From a virus: a DNA stretch of 64,000 nucleotides. Positions 1 to 9,452 of the stretch are shown in pieces. The stretch lies in IMG/VR virus record IMGVR_UViG_3300027513_000014, positions 51 through 64,050 of that record. The stretch is one strand, 5' to 3'. The translations under genes and the position numbers were made by a program. Numbering within the stretch: position 1 is the stretch's first letter; each line of letters opens with the position of its first letter. The notes beneath the pieces are model-generated. The model was not told the origin of the DNA, ran no database searches, and worked only from the letters and a program-made list of their open reading frames with translations.

Positions 1-147
1 GCGTCCCATCCTTTCATGCGGCAATCCCAGCTTGATCCGCTTCATGGTTTCCCAGTCCCAGTCCCAGTCCCAGTCCCAGTCATCATCGTCCCATTCAGGA
101 GTGCGCAAACTTAGCCTGCGCCTCTCCTTGTCCTCCCAGTCAGTCAT
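1..147 (-). CDS. Partial hypothetical protein running off the window edge, with a WDWDWDWDW tract
   Basis: Manual translation from ATG at 147: MTDWEDKERRRLSLRTPEWDDDDWDWDWDWDWETMKRIKLG...; start overlaps the stop of the upstream ORF (140). Confidence 0.4.
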   Translation of the reverse strand, partial: MTDWEDKERRRLSLRTPEWDDDDWDWDWDWDWETMKRIKLGLPHERMGR

Positions 148-565
148 CATCTTCGTCCGACTTGAACGACGTGATTTCAGCCCCGCACCCAGGGCACGTA
201 TCCTGCACCTGATAGTCCGACAGCTTGATCTGCTCGGTGCCGTTGATGCTGTCGCTCTTGACCATCGAGAGATATGGCTCGGTGCGATCCTGCAGCAGCG
301 TGGCATTAGCCAACAGCACGTTACCAAATTGCGCCATAAGCGTCTTGATCATCAGCTCCTTAGAGGCACGGTCCTTGTCGGCAAAGTTAACCCGAAGCTC
401 CATGAAGAACGATGTCGCGGCCATGTGAAATCCTCCTGTTTGTGCGAAATAACCCGTTACTCCGAACCTGTTCAAGCTATGCCACATTGGCAAGTCCTTG
501 AACGTGTCTGACTCCAGTAGCTCCAGCACCTCCCTGTCGAGAATGTATTTCATGTGATGGGGCAT
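140..565 (-). CDS. Hypothetical protein
   Basis: ORF track 140..652; a start at 565 or 553 is more likely because it avoids overlap with the upstream gene; co-oriented with neighbours. Confidence 0.55.
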   Translation of the reverse strand: MPHHMKYILDREVLELLESDTFKDLPMWHSLNRFGVTGYFAQTGGFHMAATSFFMELRVNFADKDRASKELMIKTLMAQFGNVLLANATLLQDRTEPYLSMVKSDSINGTEQIKLSDYQVQDTCPGCGAEITSFKSDEDDD

Positions 566-576
566 TACGGTTACCG

Positions 577-1236
577 TTATCGGTAATCGCTCATATCCAC
601 GGGGACAGGCGGCACGTTCAGGCACCCTCTGAGAAGGTTGTCCTCTTTGCACATGCTCAGCCAGCCTTGCCTGATGTCTTCAGCTTTCGAGCCAAGGTGA
701 GCGTGATCCGTGAGGAACGTTATGACCCAGCTTCGAGGAAGCGCCTGGTGGTAGATAGAAGCAGGAAGCTCGCTCTCGGAGTAATACGTCGTATCACCCA
801 TAAGGCTGGTGATGGGTGTAGACTGCATCAGAAGCGGAGCCACGAGGTTGTTCATCGAGCCTGATGTGGGCATAGTCAGCACCCAATGGCCCCAGATGCG
901 CGTGCCGTTAGGCTCTGGTATCCTGCCAGCGTTTTTCTCCTGCATCAGGACAAGCGGGCGTTCTGCCTCATGCTGTATCCTATTGGCGAAGCGTATCGGG
1001 TCTACGGAGAGAGTACGCGCCGAGATTGCGATGCTATGAGTTACGATGGCTATGCCATCGGTGAGAAGCTCGCGTGTGAACTGCTCTAAGCTATTAAGCG
1101 CCTTGTCTAGATTGTAGCACGCCTCGTCAGCGCTTCGCTTAAAGTTACGCTGCTCGTCTTCTATCAAGTAGCGTTGCCGCTGCCACTCCTCTATGTCGGA
1201 GAGGGTAAGATTACGGGAAAACAGGGAAGGTTTCAT
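577..1236 (-). CDS. Hypothetical protein
   Basis: ORF track 577..1290; probable start MKPSLFSRN at 1236 after AGGGG-TTACCCAC. Confidence 0.65.
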   Translation of the reverse strand: MKPSLFSRNLTLSDIEEWQRQRYLIEDEQRNFKRSADEACYNLDKALNSLEQFTRELLTDGIAIVTHSIAISARTLSVDPIRFANRIQHEAERPLVLMQEKNAGRIPEPNGTRIWGHWVLTMPTSGSMNNLVAPLLMQSTPITSLMGDTTYYSESELPASIYHQALPRSWVITFLTDHAHLGSKAEDIRQGWLSMCKEDNLLRGCLNVPPVPVDMSDYR

Positions 1237-1311
1237 GTGGGTAACCCCTATTTGTTGGTTGTTAGGGGGTGTTACCAATAACGGTAACACCCCGGAATGA
1301 GAGCGCGAGCG

Positions 1312-2424
1312 CTAGGCTGTTAGCCCATTGATGAACGTCAGCAGCTGCGAGTTGGCCATGGCCCAGCGTGCGAACGTCGTATCGCTCATAAGCTTGTGGT
1401 CACGGTCGATAGCACGCTTGGCGAACGTGATGGACAGCTCCTTGGGCATGCGATCCACGTATCTTATCACGGATGCCGCGTCCTTTTTCTCCACCAGCTT
1501 GGCGAGGTTATAGCACACCAGCATCTGCGCATCGGTGCGCTCCGGCACCTTGACGCCTGTGGGGTTAGCCACGATGTCATGATACTTCGGCATGTCCCGG
1601 CTCAGCATCAACGTCTCGAAATACTGGGCGGCTTCGGGATGGCCCATTGTCCCCGCACAAATCTCCTGCATCCCCTCGTCCATGGGGAACTCACCAATGA
1701 TCTCGCCGTCCTCGATGGTCCCGCCACGGTAGCGTATCGTGGTTTGAAGTATGTCATCCCACGCACAGGTCGAGCGTGGCGTGCAGTAAGGACGCTGCTT
1801 ATCCGGCAGCTTGTCGCTCCAGACGAGGCCGGTATGCGCCATGGCGAACGCAATAGTCACCTTCAGGCGGTTCGTCCTTATCGCGTAGTCCTCCTCCCAT
1901 CCTTTCGGATCATCGGTCCAGTCGATATAGGTGATACGGTTGATCATATGGTCCAGCTCTTTTGTGCTGCCTGACCGGTCTTCAGCACGATTACCTGCGA
2001 ACCACACCACCCATCCGGGCGGTAGCTGATGGATGCCGAACCGGCCCACCAGAGCGCTGTCGGCAATGATCTTCTTCATATCGACATCCATCTTGTCGGC
2101 TTCCTCGATGAGTATGATCCCCCCATCGTACTCGTGGAGAAACTTCCCTTCGGCTGTCTTCCACAGGAACGGCAGGGAGAAGGTCATGATGGTTGGCTTG
2201 CCCTCCTCGTGGCGCGGCACGCCGTAACCCAGCAGGTCCATGGGGTTGGCGTTTGCACCGTTGAACCATACGAACCCGAGGTTCTTGCCGAGCAACGCGC
2301 CTATGCGCTTTGGTGCCTCGCCGATAAGAGTTGACTTGCCGCGACCGGGCGCTGACCTGATGTAGAAGGGCTTCTTGCTCTCGTACCAGATCGGCAGCCA
2401 TTCATAAATGACACTGGGCTTCAT
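1312..2424 (-). CDS. MoxR/dynein-related AAA+ ATPase
   Basis: Walker A SAPGRGKS, Walker B ILIEEAD, sensor AGNR; good RBS AGGAG. Confidence 0.85.
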   Translation of the reverse strand: MKPSVIYEWLPIWYESKKPFYIRSAPGRGKSTLIGEAPKRIGALLGKNLGFVWFNGANANPMDLLGYGVPRHEEGKPTIMTFSLPFLWKTAEGKFLHEYDGGIILIEEADKMDVDMKKIIADSALVGRFGIHQLPPGWVVWFAGNRAEDRSGSTKELDHMINRITYIDWTDDPKGWEEDYAIRTNRLKVTIAFAMAHTGLVWSDKLPDKQRPYCTPRSTCAWDDILQTTIRYRGGTIEDGEIIGEFPMDEGMQEICAGTMGHPEAAQYFETLMLSRDMPKYHDIVANPTGVKVPERTDAQMLVCYNLAKLVEKKDAASVIRYVDRMPKELSITFAKRAIDRDHKLMSDTTFARWAMANSQLLTFINGLTA

Positions 2425-2483
2425 TGTGGGTACTCCTAGTTTGGGTTTTATTACCGTTATTGGTAACTGGTTTAGTGGTTGGT

Positions 2484-2699
2484 TCAGACGTTGCGGTCTA
2501 TCCTCGCCGCATCGAGGATCGCATTGATCTCCGTATCGATGGTTTCGTTCGTACGGGGATCAGTGGCGTCGAGTGCTGCCCTGATCCGGTCAACGAGGTC
2601 GCTCGCGATCTCGTCTGGTTGCTTCAGGCGCGCTGCCAGAAACTCGATCTCGTCGCTGGCTTCTACGAGAAGCTCACGCAGGCGTCCAATGTCGGTCAT
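2484..2699 (-). CDS. Small hypothetical protein
   Basis: 71-aa ORF with upstream AGGAG. Confidence 0.6.
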   Translation of the reverse strand: MTDIGRLRELLVEASDEIEFLAARLKQPDEIASDLVDRIRAALDATDPRTNETIDTEINAILDAARIDRNV

Positions 2700-2908
2700 G
2701 GTCTTGTCTCCTACCGAGGTTAGGGGCGTTACCGGGAACGGTAACCGGGTTCAGGGTGGATTTTAGACATAGTTCTCCCCTGATACTCACATGTTACCAT
2801 AAACGGTAACCCTCTGTCAAGTTGTATTTTCATGCACGTTCTGGTTGTATAGGGATACAGCGGGTTTTATTTGGTTTTTAATGGGTTTGTTGTGTTTGGT
2901 TATAGGTG

Positions 2909-2943
2909 AAATAAAGAGCGTGTGCCGCATGCGGCACACGCTC
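2909..2943 (-). terminator. Perfect 28-bp palindrome, probable leftward terminator
   Basis: GAGCGTGTGCCGCATGCGGCACACGCTC (2916-2943) preceded by AAATAAA, giving a U-rich tail on the minus strand downstream of a small gene. Confidence 0.55.
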
Positions 2944-2961
2944 GCCGATGAGTGCGCTGAT

Positions 2962-3099
2962 TCAGCTGAAGACTGCGACACCCACGACTATACCCACGAT
3001 CACGTAGAACAGCAGAGCAACAACGAACAGCCAAGCGCAGCCGCGCATGTCGTGGGGATTGTCGTCGTTCTCATAGGGCGGGAGGTTCCAGTGGCGCAT
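2962..3099 (-). CDS. Small membrane protein (45 aa)
   Basis: Manual translation MRHWNLPPYENDDNPHDMRGCAWLFVVALLFYVIVGIVVGVAVFS; one hydrophobic helix; abuts the upstream gene. Confidence 0.55.
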   Translation of the reverse strand: MRHWNLPPYENDDNPHDMRGCAWLFVVALLFYVIVGIVVGVAVFS

Positions 3100-3101
3100 G
3101 T

Positions 3102-3593
3102 TTAATCGCTTCGATCTCTAGATGACGATATCCAGCCATTCTTTTGGTCTAGATAGCTTGTAGGATTCCCCTCTTCATCGATGTAGTTATTATCCGCGTC
3201 GAGCAAGCGATCAAGGTCATCCCGATGCCAGCCTTTAGCTTGCTCCTCTTTAAGTCGCATGTTCACCGCTATGTCCGCCCTTATAGCTGCAGCATAATCT
3301 TCAATAGGTTGTGCGGTATCGGGCTGGCTTGCAGGTTCGGTAGGTGCTGCACGCCTTGCACCATATCTCGCGTCAAAAGCTGCCTGAATCTCAGGGAACA
3401 TCTGCCCTGACGGGTCAAACAGATTGAAATAGACAGCGGCAGACACCTCGACGGTTTTGTAAGAATCCATTCGGCATTTGGGACATGCTTTAACCCGGAT
3501 GGTATTTATAGCAGTGCGGCGGGTCTGCGTTACCACCAGCTTAGCACCACAGTGTTTGCAATTTGTTAGACCTGGCTCATTGCGATCTGACAT
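3102..3593 (-). CDS. Zinc-ribbon protein (NrdR-N/Ogr-like), possible regulator
   Basis: CKHC...CPKC with TQTRR, as in NrdR-type N-terminal ribbons. Confidence 0.55.
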   Translation of the reverse strand: MSDRNEPGLTNCKHCGAKLVVTQTRRTAINTIRVKACPKCRMDSYKTVEVSAAVYFNLFDPSGQMFPEIQAAFDARYGARRAAPTEPASQPDTAQPIEDYAAAIRADIAVNMRLKEEQAKGWHRDDLDRLLDADNNYIDEEGNPTSYLDQKNGWISSSRDRSD

Positions 3594-4316
3594 CTGTTAC
3601 CTGACCTTTCTGCTCTCCACACTACAGCTTGGTCTAACATACTGAATATCAGATGTCAATACTATCACTTGAATGCTGTAATATAGCAGCTGCTGTTATT
3701 CTATGGTTTGGGGTAATGGAGTCATAAACTTAGTGAGAGAATTTAAACGCTTAATGGCTCAATGGGTTAGGGGCTTTATGATTATTCTCTAACAAAATTC
3801 TGAGAAACATAGCCATTGAGAGCAGATGTTAGATATACATATCTGTCATCTGTATACCTGTGATCTAGCAAACCGAGCCTTAGTAGTTTATATAGTAGAA
3901 AGAGAATAGAGAATATAGATATAGATAAGAAAGAAAGCCCCTAACTAGTCCCCTCCCCTAGCCTTTTAGCCCCTAAGTCCTTGTTATTGCTGTATAAATT
4001 CCTGCTCATGTAGAATTCCCCGGTAACTTTCCCCAAGAGTTACCGGGAAAAGTAACATGGATGGATTTTATTCCTATGCCCAGCTTACGGCACACCTTCG
4101 ACGTATGAGTGCGCGTTGTGCGCGCTAACCCATTGAGCGATCAGGTGTTTTAACCGCTTAGCGTTTTGATCATGTTACTTTTCCCGGTAACTTTGAGAAA
4201 TGCTAGATGTTAGATTTATGGCAAACGCACGCCGTATGAGTGCGCAGCGCGCTGCGCAAATTCATCATGTTACTTTTTCCGGTAACTTTTTGTGTAATAC
4301 TATCAAGACTTTAGGC
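3594..4316. other. AT-rich non-coding region, candidate origin or control region
   Basis: No ORF in the track; three 18-bp motif copies plus a degenerate one; duplicated CGTATGAGTGCGC; 14-bp inverted repeat at 3757-3770/4125-4138. Confidence 0.5.
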
Positions 4317-4350
4317 AAATAAAAAGGCGGAGCGCTTTCGCGCTCCGCCT
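4317..4350 (-). terminator. Rho-independent terminator
   Basis: Stem AGGCGGAGCG/CGCTCCGCCT with an A-run on the left (U-tail on minus). Confidence 0.75.
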
Positions 4351-4358
4351 GATTAACG

Positions 4359-4532
4359 TTATGGTTTCGGCAAGGTATCGACAAATACCTCGTAAGAGAC
4401 TTTGGGATTCAGGGTGACGTATACCTGCCACGGGTGCGCGCCGTTCGGGAATAGCTGGTCGTACGTCTCAGCGATAGCGCGCGCTAACGCGATACGCCTT
4501 TGCTCAGTTAGTGCCTTGATATGCTCGCTCAT
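4359..4532 (-). CDS. Small hypothetical protein (57 aa)
   Basis: Manual translation MSEHIKALTEQRRIALARAIAETYDQLFPNG...; AGGAG upstream; ends just before the terminator. Confidence 0.55.
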   Translation of the reverse strand: MSEHIKALTEQRRIALARAIAETYDQLFPNGAHPWQVYVTLNPKVSYEVFVDTLPKP

Positions 4533-4577
4533 CTTTTGGCTCCTGGGTTGTGATGGTTACTTTTTCCGGTAACAGGC

Positions 4578-4605
4578 AAAAAAGAGAGGTGGCTTGCGCC
4601 ACCTC
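4578..4605 (-). terminator. Rho-independent terminator
   Basis: GAGGTGGC-TTGC-GCCACCTC with AAAAAA to its left, downstream of 4629..5513. Confidence 0.7.
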
Positions 4606-4628
4606 CCGGTTCTCAATGTTTGGGATTG

Positions 4629-5513
4629 TTATCCCTTGCGCTGGCTGCGAGTCCTGCCAGCAACTGGTGCAGGCTTAAGCGCTGCATTCATCTGCGCTGG
4701 CGAGACGTTAAGCTTGCGTGCCAGTGCAAACAGTTCGTCCTGCTCTTCCTTGATGGTAATGGTCGCAATCCACTGCGAGAGTATCGCCGTTGCGTCGACC
4801 AGCGGCTTGTCCGTGCACTGAATATCAGCGTAAGGCTTCTTTCCCTCAGTGAGATTCTTCAGATGACGCACAACCATTTCAACAACCTTCTTAGCGCCTT
4901 TGGTATTCACCGGCTGGCGCATCGCGTCCATGATCTGATCGTCCGTCAACTCGCTCGCGGTCCATGTCTCGCGTGGGATAGCGTTATTCTTTTCATCCAC
5001 GTTGAAGACAGCCGGAAGGCGTGGGGCGCGAGGTGGGTTCTCTGTTGCCGCGTTATTGATGGTTTTCGCGGCTTCCAGATATGCTTCGAATTTTGACCTG
5101 GGCTTGTCCTTTGCCATGATCATGTTCTCAAACAACTTTACGATCAGGTCCATAGCGTTCTCGCCATTGAACAGCTTCTGACGCCCGAGATGATAGAAAG
5201 CGTTGATCTTGCCCACCTGTCCCTTTTCCGATCCCTTGGTTTTGGACGCCTTGCCACGTCCGGCCATCCAATCGCGATGTAGCACAGTTGTCTGAGTCTT
5301 GTCCGCATCAAGGTCCAGATATCCTTCGATCGCAGCGCGAACGATCTTCTGTGCCATGCTAGGAAGCGAATCAGCCGCCTTAAGGCCGGCCTTCTCCGCC
5401 TTGGCAACGTCCGCGCCAAGAGCTTTGATCTCCTTGCGAAGGTCATCAAACCGTGTGTCATTGACCAGAGCGGCCGGAGCGGTGGAAGTATTCAACGTAT
5501 CAACATTAGTCAT
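4629..5513 (-). CDS. Hypothetical protein, first gene of the leftward unit
   Basis: 294-aa ORF, helical composition, no recognised motif. Confidence 0.75.
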   Translation of the reverse strand: MTNVDTLNTSTAPAALVNDTRFDDLRKEIKALGADVAKAEKAGLKAADSLPSMAQKIVRAAIEGYLDLDADKTQTTVLHRDWMAGRGKASKTKGSEKGQVGKINAFYHLGRQKLFNGENAMDLIVKLFENMIMAKDKPRSKFEAYLEAAKTINNAATENPPRAPRLPAVFNVDEKNNAIPRETWTASELTDDQIMDAMRQPVNTKGAKKVVEMVVRHLKNLTEGKKPYADIQCTDKPLVDATAILSQWIATITIKEEQDELFALARKLNVSPAQMNAALKPAPVAGRTRSQRKG

Positions 5514-5840
5514 TGCTTTGCTCGTTTCGTTTGATCATGCCATGTCGGCAACTTCAGAGTAACACGTGATTGCCACGCGCTACAATATAGCTGCGGGGGA
5601 AAAGTTACTTTTAACGGTAACGCGGCTCGACCCCCACCCGTATTGGACTAGGGGGGCACCCGCCCGCCTAGGGTTCAGGGGATCGGCAAATATAGAATCA
5701 GTAAAAAACTCGTTATACCTTAATGATACCTCGAAGATACTAAACCTCCTCCCGACCAAACCCCAAAATCTCCTAGTCTCCCAGCGAATAAGCGAGTATA
5801 CTCCCTCCGATACCCCTCCAATAAAAGGCAACCTTCCGTC

Positions 5841-7862
5841 ATGCCCAAGCTTCCAAAAACTCTTAAAGAGTTCGTGGATATGCTGCAGCAAGCCCTCGGC
5901 CTTAGTGAAGATGACCCCCTGATGCGCCAGTTGCGCAAGGCCAAGACCCCGGAGGAAGCCCAGCGGATTGCCAGTGCGGCAGGTGAGAAGGGAGCGCGTG
6001 GAGGCTCCAGTCCCGCGATTGACAAAGCCACTTCTGAAAGATCGGGCGGGTGGGGACCAGCACAGGCTGCAGCTGCAGCTCGTGCGGGTAGATTCACCCC
6101 AGGCAGGACCTACTCCGGTGCCGGTCCTACGGGAGGAAGCCCTACAGGAGGAACCCCTACCGCAGGCCCTGGGAGGCCCTCTAGTGCGGTTCCCGCCACT
6201 CCGGTGGTATCCCGGCCTGCCGACCCCCGCCAGCCGCGCTCCGCAGGTTATCAGCCCCCCGACAATAATTGGCTTACAACACCCACAAGCTACACCCCCT
6301 TCACCCCTGCCCCCTCCACCCCCAACAGCTACATACCAGGGGGACGGGTGCATTACACTACGGGGGGTGGCAGTGCTGCCGGGCGAGTCTCTGCGCCTCA
6401 AAAAGCCTACGACGCCTACAAGTCAGCCAAGTCTTCCGGCCAGCCCTACACCGGCCCCAATACTCCCTCCACCAACCAGCCCTACTCGGGGTTCCACTCG
6501 GCCCCTTACCGGCTGACCAACCAGACCGGGCAGAGCTTCACCAGCGAGCGCTATAGCAACCAGACCCGGCCCACGCCGGTGCCGACCACCCAGGTTCGCG
6601 GACAGCCCCATGACTTCCGGTCCGGTGCGGGCTATAACCCGCGTGCAGGCTCCGACATGTCGCCCGGAGGCACGGACAGGGTCAGAGGCGTGCCCACTAC
6701 GAGTTTTTCCCCGACTAACGCGCGGGGCCAGCAAACCAGCTACACCCCTTTCACCCCTGCTCCCACTTCTGCAGCCCAGCCCCAGCGCACTAGTTACACG
6801 CCCTTTACGCCTAGCCCCTCTGCAAGCTCCCGGCAAAAATACGGCGGATACGGTCCCACTGCCGGCCAGGAGAACGTGCGCGGGTTCTTCGACAGCATTG
6901 CTTATGCTGAAGGCACCATGGGTAAGCGACCGGATGGGTCGCCTGCGCGTGGCTACAACGAGGTGCTGGGGCATGGCGGCTACGGGAGTCCCAGTAAGCC
7001 ACTCACCGAAATGACGCTTAATGATGTTTACAGTTTCGGGAGGAGCACTGTCGGCCCTGCATATGTAGCTAAAACCGGCAGGGACATGAGCACTGCCATG
7101 GGTAAATACCAGATAGTTGGCGGGACCATGATGAACGCAGCTCGGCAGATGGGGCTGGACCCTGCCACCACCAAGTTCACTCCCGAGATACAGGACCGCA
7201 TATCCGCGCATCTGGCGCTTGGGCGTTTACAACGCGGAGAAGACCTCGGGCTGGAGTGGGACGGGTTCAACCATCGTGACGGCCCTTCGCAAAAAGCCAA
7301 GGCGCTGGCGGCGCTTGGCGGTGACAGAGCCAAGCAGATAGCGATGCTGACCAAGCTTGCTGCGGGGCAGCCGGTGGACAGCGTAGCCAACGTGGCCACT
7401 GCCAACAACGCCGGGATTTCTCCGAATTACAGCCAGAAAACCGTGGATATCCAGAACCAGCTTAATGCGAAGGGTGCTAACCTGACGGTGGACGGCCTCA
7501 TGGGGCCGAAGACCCAGGCCGCCATGACAAAATACAATATCGGGGGGCGGTATGTGCCACCCGCTGCTGGTGCTCGTGCTGTTGCTCCACAGGCTGTGCC
7601 GACCGGCTTCTCGGCGAGAATAGTATCCGGGATCAAGAACGTGGCGGGTGCGGTCCCTGGTGCGCTCAAGCAGGCTGGAGGCTACGTGAATCAGGCTGCT
7701 GCCTATGCGAGCGGTAATAGCCGTGGGTCCGCTGGCAGTGGAGGGAGCAACTATGGCGGCGGCTTCGGCGGAGGGGGCGGCTACGGTGGTGGCGGCACTT
7801 ACGGCGGCTCCGGGGGAAGCCGTATTTCAGAGGGAGTCGGGGGCGCTTACCGTAACCGCTAG
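5841..7862 (+). CDS. Low-complexity protein with a lysozyme-like (lambda R-type) muramidase domain and a peptidoglycan-binding domain
   Basis: FFDSIAYAEGT...YNEVLG...TAMGKYQIVGGT...FTPEIQD resembles lambda-type lysozymes; LTVDGLMGPKT is a PG_binding_1-like signature; flanks are Gly/Pro/Ser/Thr-rich. Confidence 0.7.
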   Translation: MPKLPKTLKEFVDMLQQALGLSEDDPLMRQLRKAKTPEEAQRIASAAGEKGARGGSSPAIDKATSERSGGWGPAQAAAAARAGRFTPGRTYSGAGPTGGSPTGGTPTAGPGRPSSAVPATPVVSRPADPRQPRSAGYQPPDNNWLTTPTSYTPFTPAPSTPNSYIPGGRVHYTTGGGSAAGRVSAPQKAYDAYKSAKSSGQPYTGPNTPSTNQPYSGFHSAPYRLTNQTGQSFTSERYSNQTRPTPVPTTQVRGQPHDFRSGAGYNPRAGSDMSPGGTDRVRGVPTTSFSPTNARGQQTSYTPFTPAPTSAAQPQRTSYTPFTPSPSASSRQKYGGYGPTAGQENVRGFFDSIAYAEGTMGKRPDGSPARGYNEVLGHGGYGSPSKPLTEMTLNDVYSFGRSTVGPAYVAKTGRDMSTAMGKYQIVGGTMMNAARQMGLDPATTKFTPEIQDRISAHLALGRLQRGEDLGLEWDGFNHRDGPSQKAKALAALGGDRAKQIAMLTKLAAGQPVDSVANVATANNAGISPNYSQKTVDIQNQLNAKGANLTVDGLMGPKTQAAMTKYNIGGRYVPPAAGARAVAPQAVPTGFSARIVSGIKNVAGAVPGALKQAGGYVNQAAAYASGNSRGSAGSGGSNYGGGFGGGGGYGGGGTYGGSGGSRISEGVGGAYRNR

Positions 7863-8000
7863 GAGCCTGAATTCATGCCCCACAATTGCCCGTGGACGCG
7901 TTATTTCTGGGAAAATGACCCTAGGTGCCAAGGAGCTAAAAAACGCGTCAGTGAGGCTCCTAGGGGCCTTAGCGTCGATTTCAACTAACAGGAGGTAGAG

Positions 8001-8255
8001 ATGATTATCGCAGGTGGTGATAAACCGAACCAGGACCTTCCCGGCAAGCCGAAACGCGACCTGAGCGAGGGCGAGTATGTGCCGGCCAGCGGGGACATCT
8101 CCCCCGGAGCACATCCGGGCGGCATCGCGCCCACCGAGGACCCGCGCAAGGACGCGGGACTGGAAGAAGACGAAGAGGATACTGATGCGGCTACGCCAAA
8201 GGACACTTCTGGCGTGATAGTTCCGGGGATCGCCCTGGAGCTGTGGGCCTGCTAG
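8001..8255 (+). CDS. Small acidic hypothetical protein
   Basis: AGGAGG RBS; 84-aa ORF. Confidence 0.55.
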   Translation: MIIAGGDKPNQDLPGKPKRDLSEGEYVPASGDISPGAHPGGIAPTEDPRKDAGLEEDEEDTDAATPKDTSGVIVPGIALELWAC

Positions 8256-8323
8256 CACGAATCAGGAACTCGGCCTGTGATTAAACTCCCCCTTGATGGG
8301 AACATGACAGGAACGAGTGAAAA

Positions 8324-8367
8324 GACCCCCCAGAGGGACCCCCTATAGGGGGTCCCTCTGGGGGGTC
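8324..8367. repeat. Perfect 44-bp palindrome
   Basis: GACCCCCCAGAGGGACCCCCTA|TAGGGGGTCCCTCTGGGGGGTC, intergenic. Confidence 0.95.
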
Positions 8368-8391
8368 CCATAGCCGAGCAAGGAGAACAAA

Positions 8392-8610
8392 ATGATAGAA
8401 TCAGTCATTATGTTCCTGATCTACGTCTGCCTGCTGGCAATCGTAATCTACGGAGTGATCTACGTGCTGCGCGATGTCATAGGCTTGCCGATCCCGGCGA
8501 AGATAATCCAGATATTGTGGGTTATCGTTGCCCTGGTGGTGCTCTTGTGGCTGGTGCAGTTAGTGCTGGGTGGTGGCGGGCTGCGGATACCGTCGTTCAA
8601 ATCAGGGTGA
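8392..8610 (+). CDS. Two-helix membrane protein (holin candidate)
   Basis: Two hydrophobic segments; AAGGAG RBS. Confidence 0.6.
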   Translation: MIESVIMFLIYVCLLAIVIYGVIYVLRDVIGLPIPAKIIQILWVIVALVVLLWLVQLVLGGGGLRIPSFKSG

Positions 8611-8613
8611 ACC

Positions 8614-8901
8614 ATGAAGCTGGTGGATACTATCCCTACGGCAAGCCACAAGGACATGCTCTCTGCTATCGACGTATTGGAGCGTGCCCTTGTCGACGCC
8701 AAGCAAGGTAAGGTCGTAGCTGTCGGCATCGCCCTGGTGGGGCCTGACCAGCGCGTAGGCTACATGTCCTCTGAATCAGCCCGCCACGCCGTGCAGCTGG
8801 TGGCTGCAGCCAACCTGATGAACTGGCGGTTGTGCGAGAGCGTGTGGACGCAGCTGGATGTGGAGCTTGAAGAGTATCCCGATCCACCCAATTCTGCATA
8901 A
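8614..8901 (+). CDS. Hypothetical protein
   Basis: 95-aa ORF in the operon. Confidence 0.65.
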   Translation: MKLVDTIPTASHKDMLSAIDVLERALVDAKQGKVVAVGIALVGPDQRVGYMSSESARHAVQLVAAANLMNWRLCESVWTQLDVELEEYPDPPNSA

Positions 8902-8923
8902 AAGTATAGAGGAGGGATAACCC

Positions 8924-9133
8924 ATGAATAAAGACAGTAAAGCTGAAGTAAAGCATAAGGTCCAAGTGAGTAAAACACCGGAGATGGACCCGCCGCTCAA
9001 GCAACCTGAGCAAGCTGAGTTACCGTTACCGGTAACCCCCCAGCCAAAATTATCCGAGCGAACTAAAGCGGAAATGGAGGCGGGGCGTAAAGCAGTTAAA
9101 GAGGCTGAAGCTAAACTAAAAACTTCTGATTAG
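8924..9133 (+). CDS. Hypothetical protein
   Basis: 69-aa ORF with GGAGG RBS; contains an 18-bp motif copy. Confidence 0.55.
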   Translation: MNKDSKAEVKHKVQVSKTPEMDPPLKQPEQAELPLPVTPQPKLSERTKAEMEAGRKAVKEAEAKLKTSD

Positions 9134-9226
9134 TATGTAACCTACGAACAGCCAGAACGCCGTGCCAAAAGTGAGCATGAGAACCCAGATCAGTAGCTCG
9201 GGGGGCTCTTTCATTAGGAGGTGATG

Positions 9227-9376
9227 ATGCCACTAAAGAAAGGCAAAAGCCAGAAGGATGTGTCCGAGAACATTCGCGAGCTTAGGCACAGTGGAAAACC
9301 CGCTAAGCAAGCTGTGGCCATTGCGCTTCAAAAAGCGGGTAAGTCTCGTAAAGGCAAAAAGCCGAGAAGTTATTAG
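9227..9376 (+). CDS. Small basic phage protein
   Basis: Manual translation [49 protein letters not shown]; AGGAGG RBS; resembles short proteins often seen near phage terminase genes. Confidence 0.7.
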   Translation: MPLKKGKSQKDVSENIRELRHSGKPAKQAVAIALQKAGKSRKGKKPRSY

Positions 9377-9452
9377 TGATCCGCTGGCACCGCACGTTTG
9401 CGTTTGCCCTGGGGGTCGCGGGCGTTATGTTTCTGCTGTTATGGGCGTGGAG

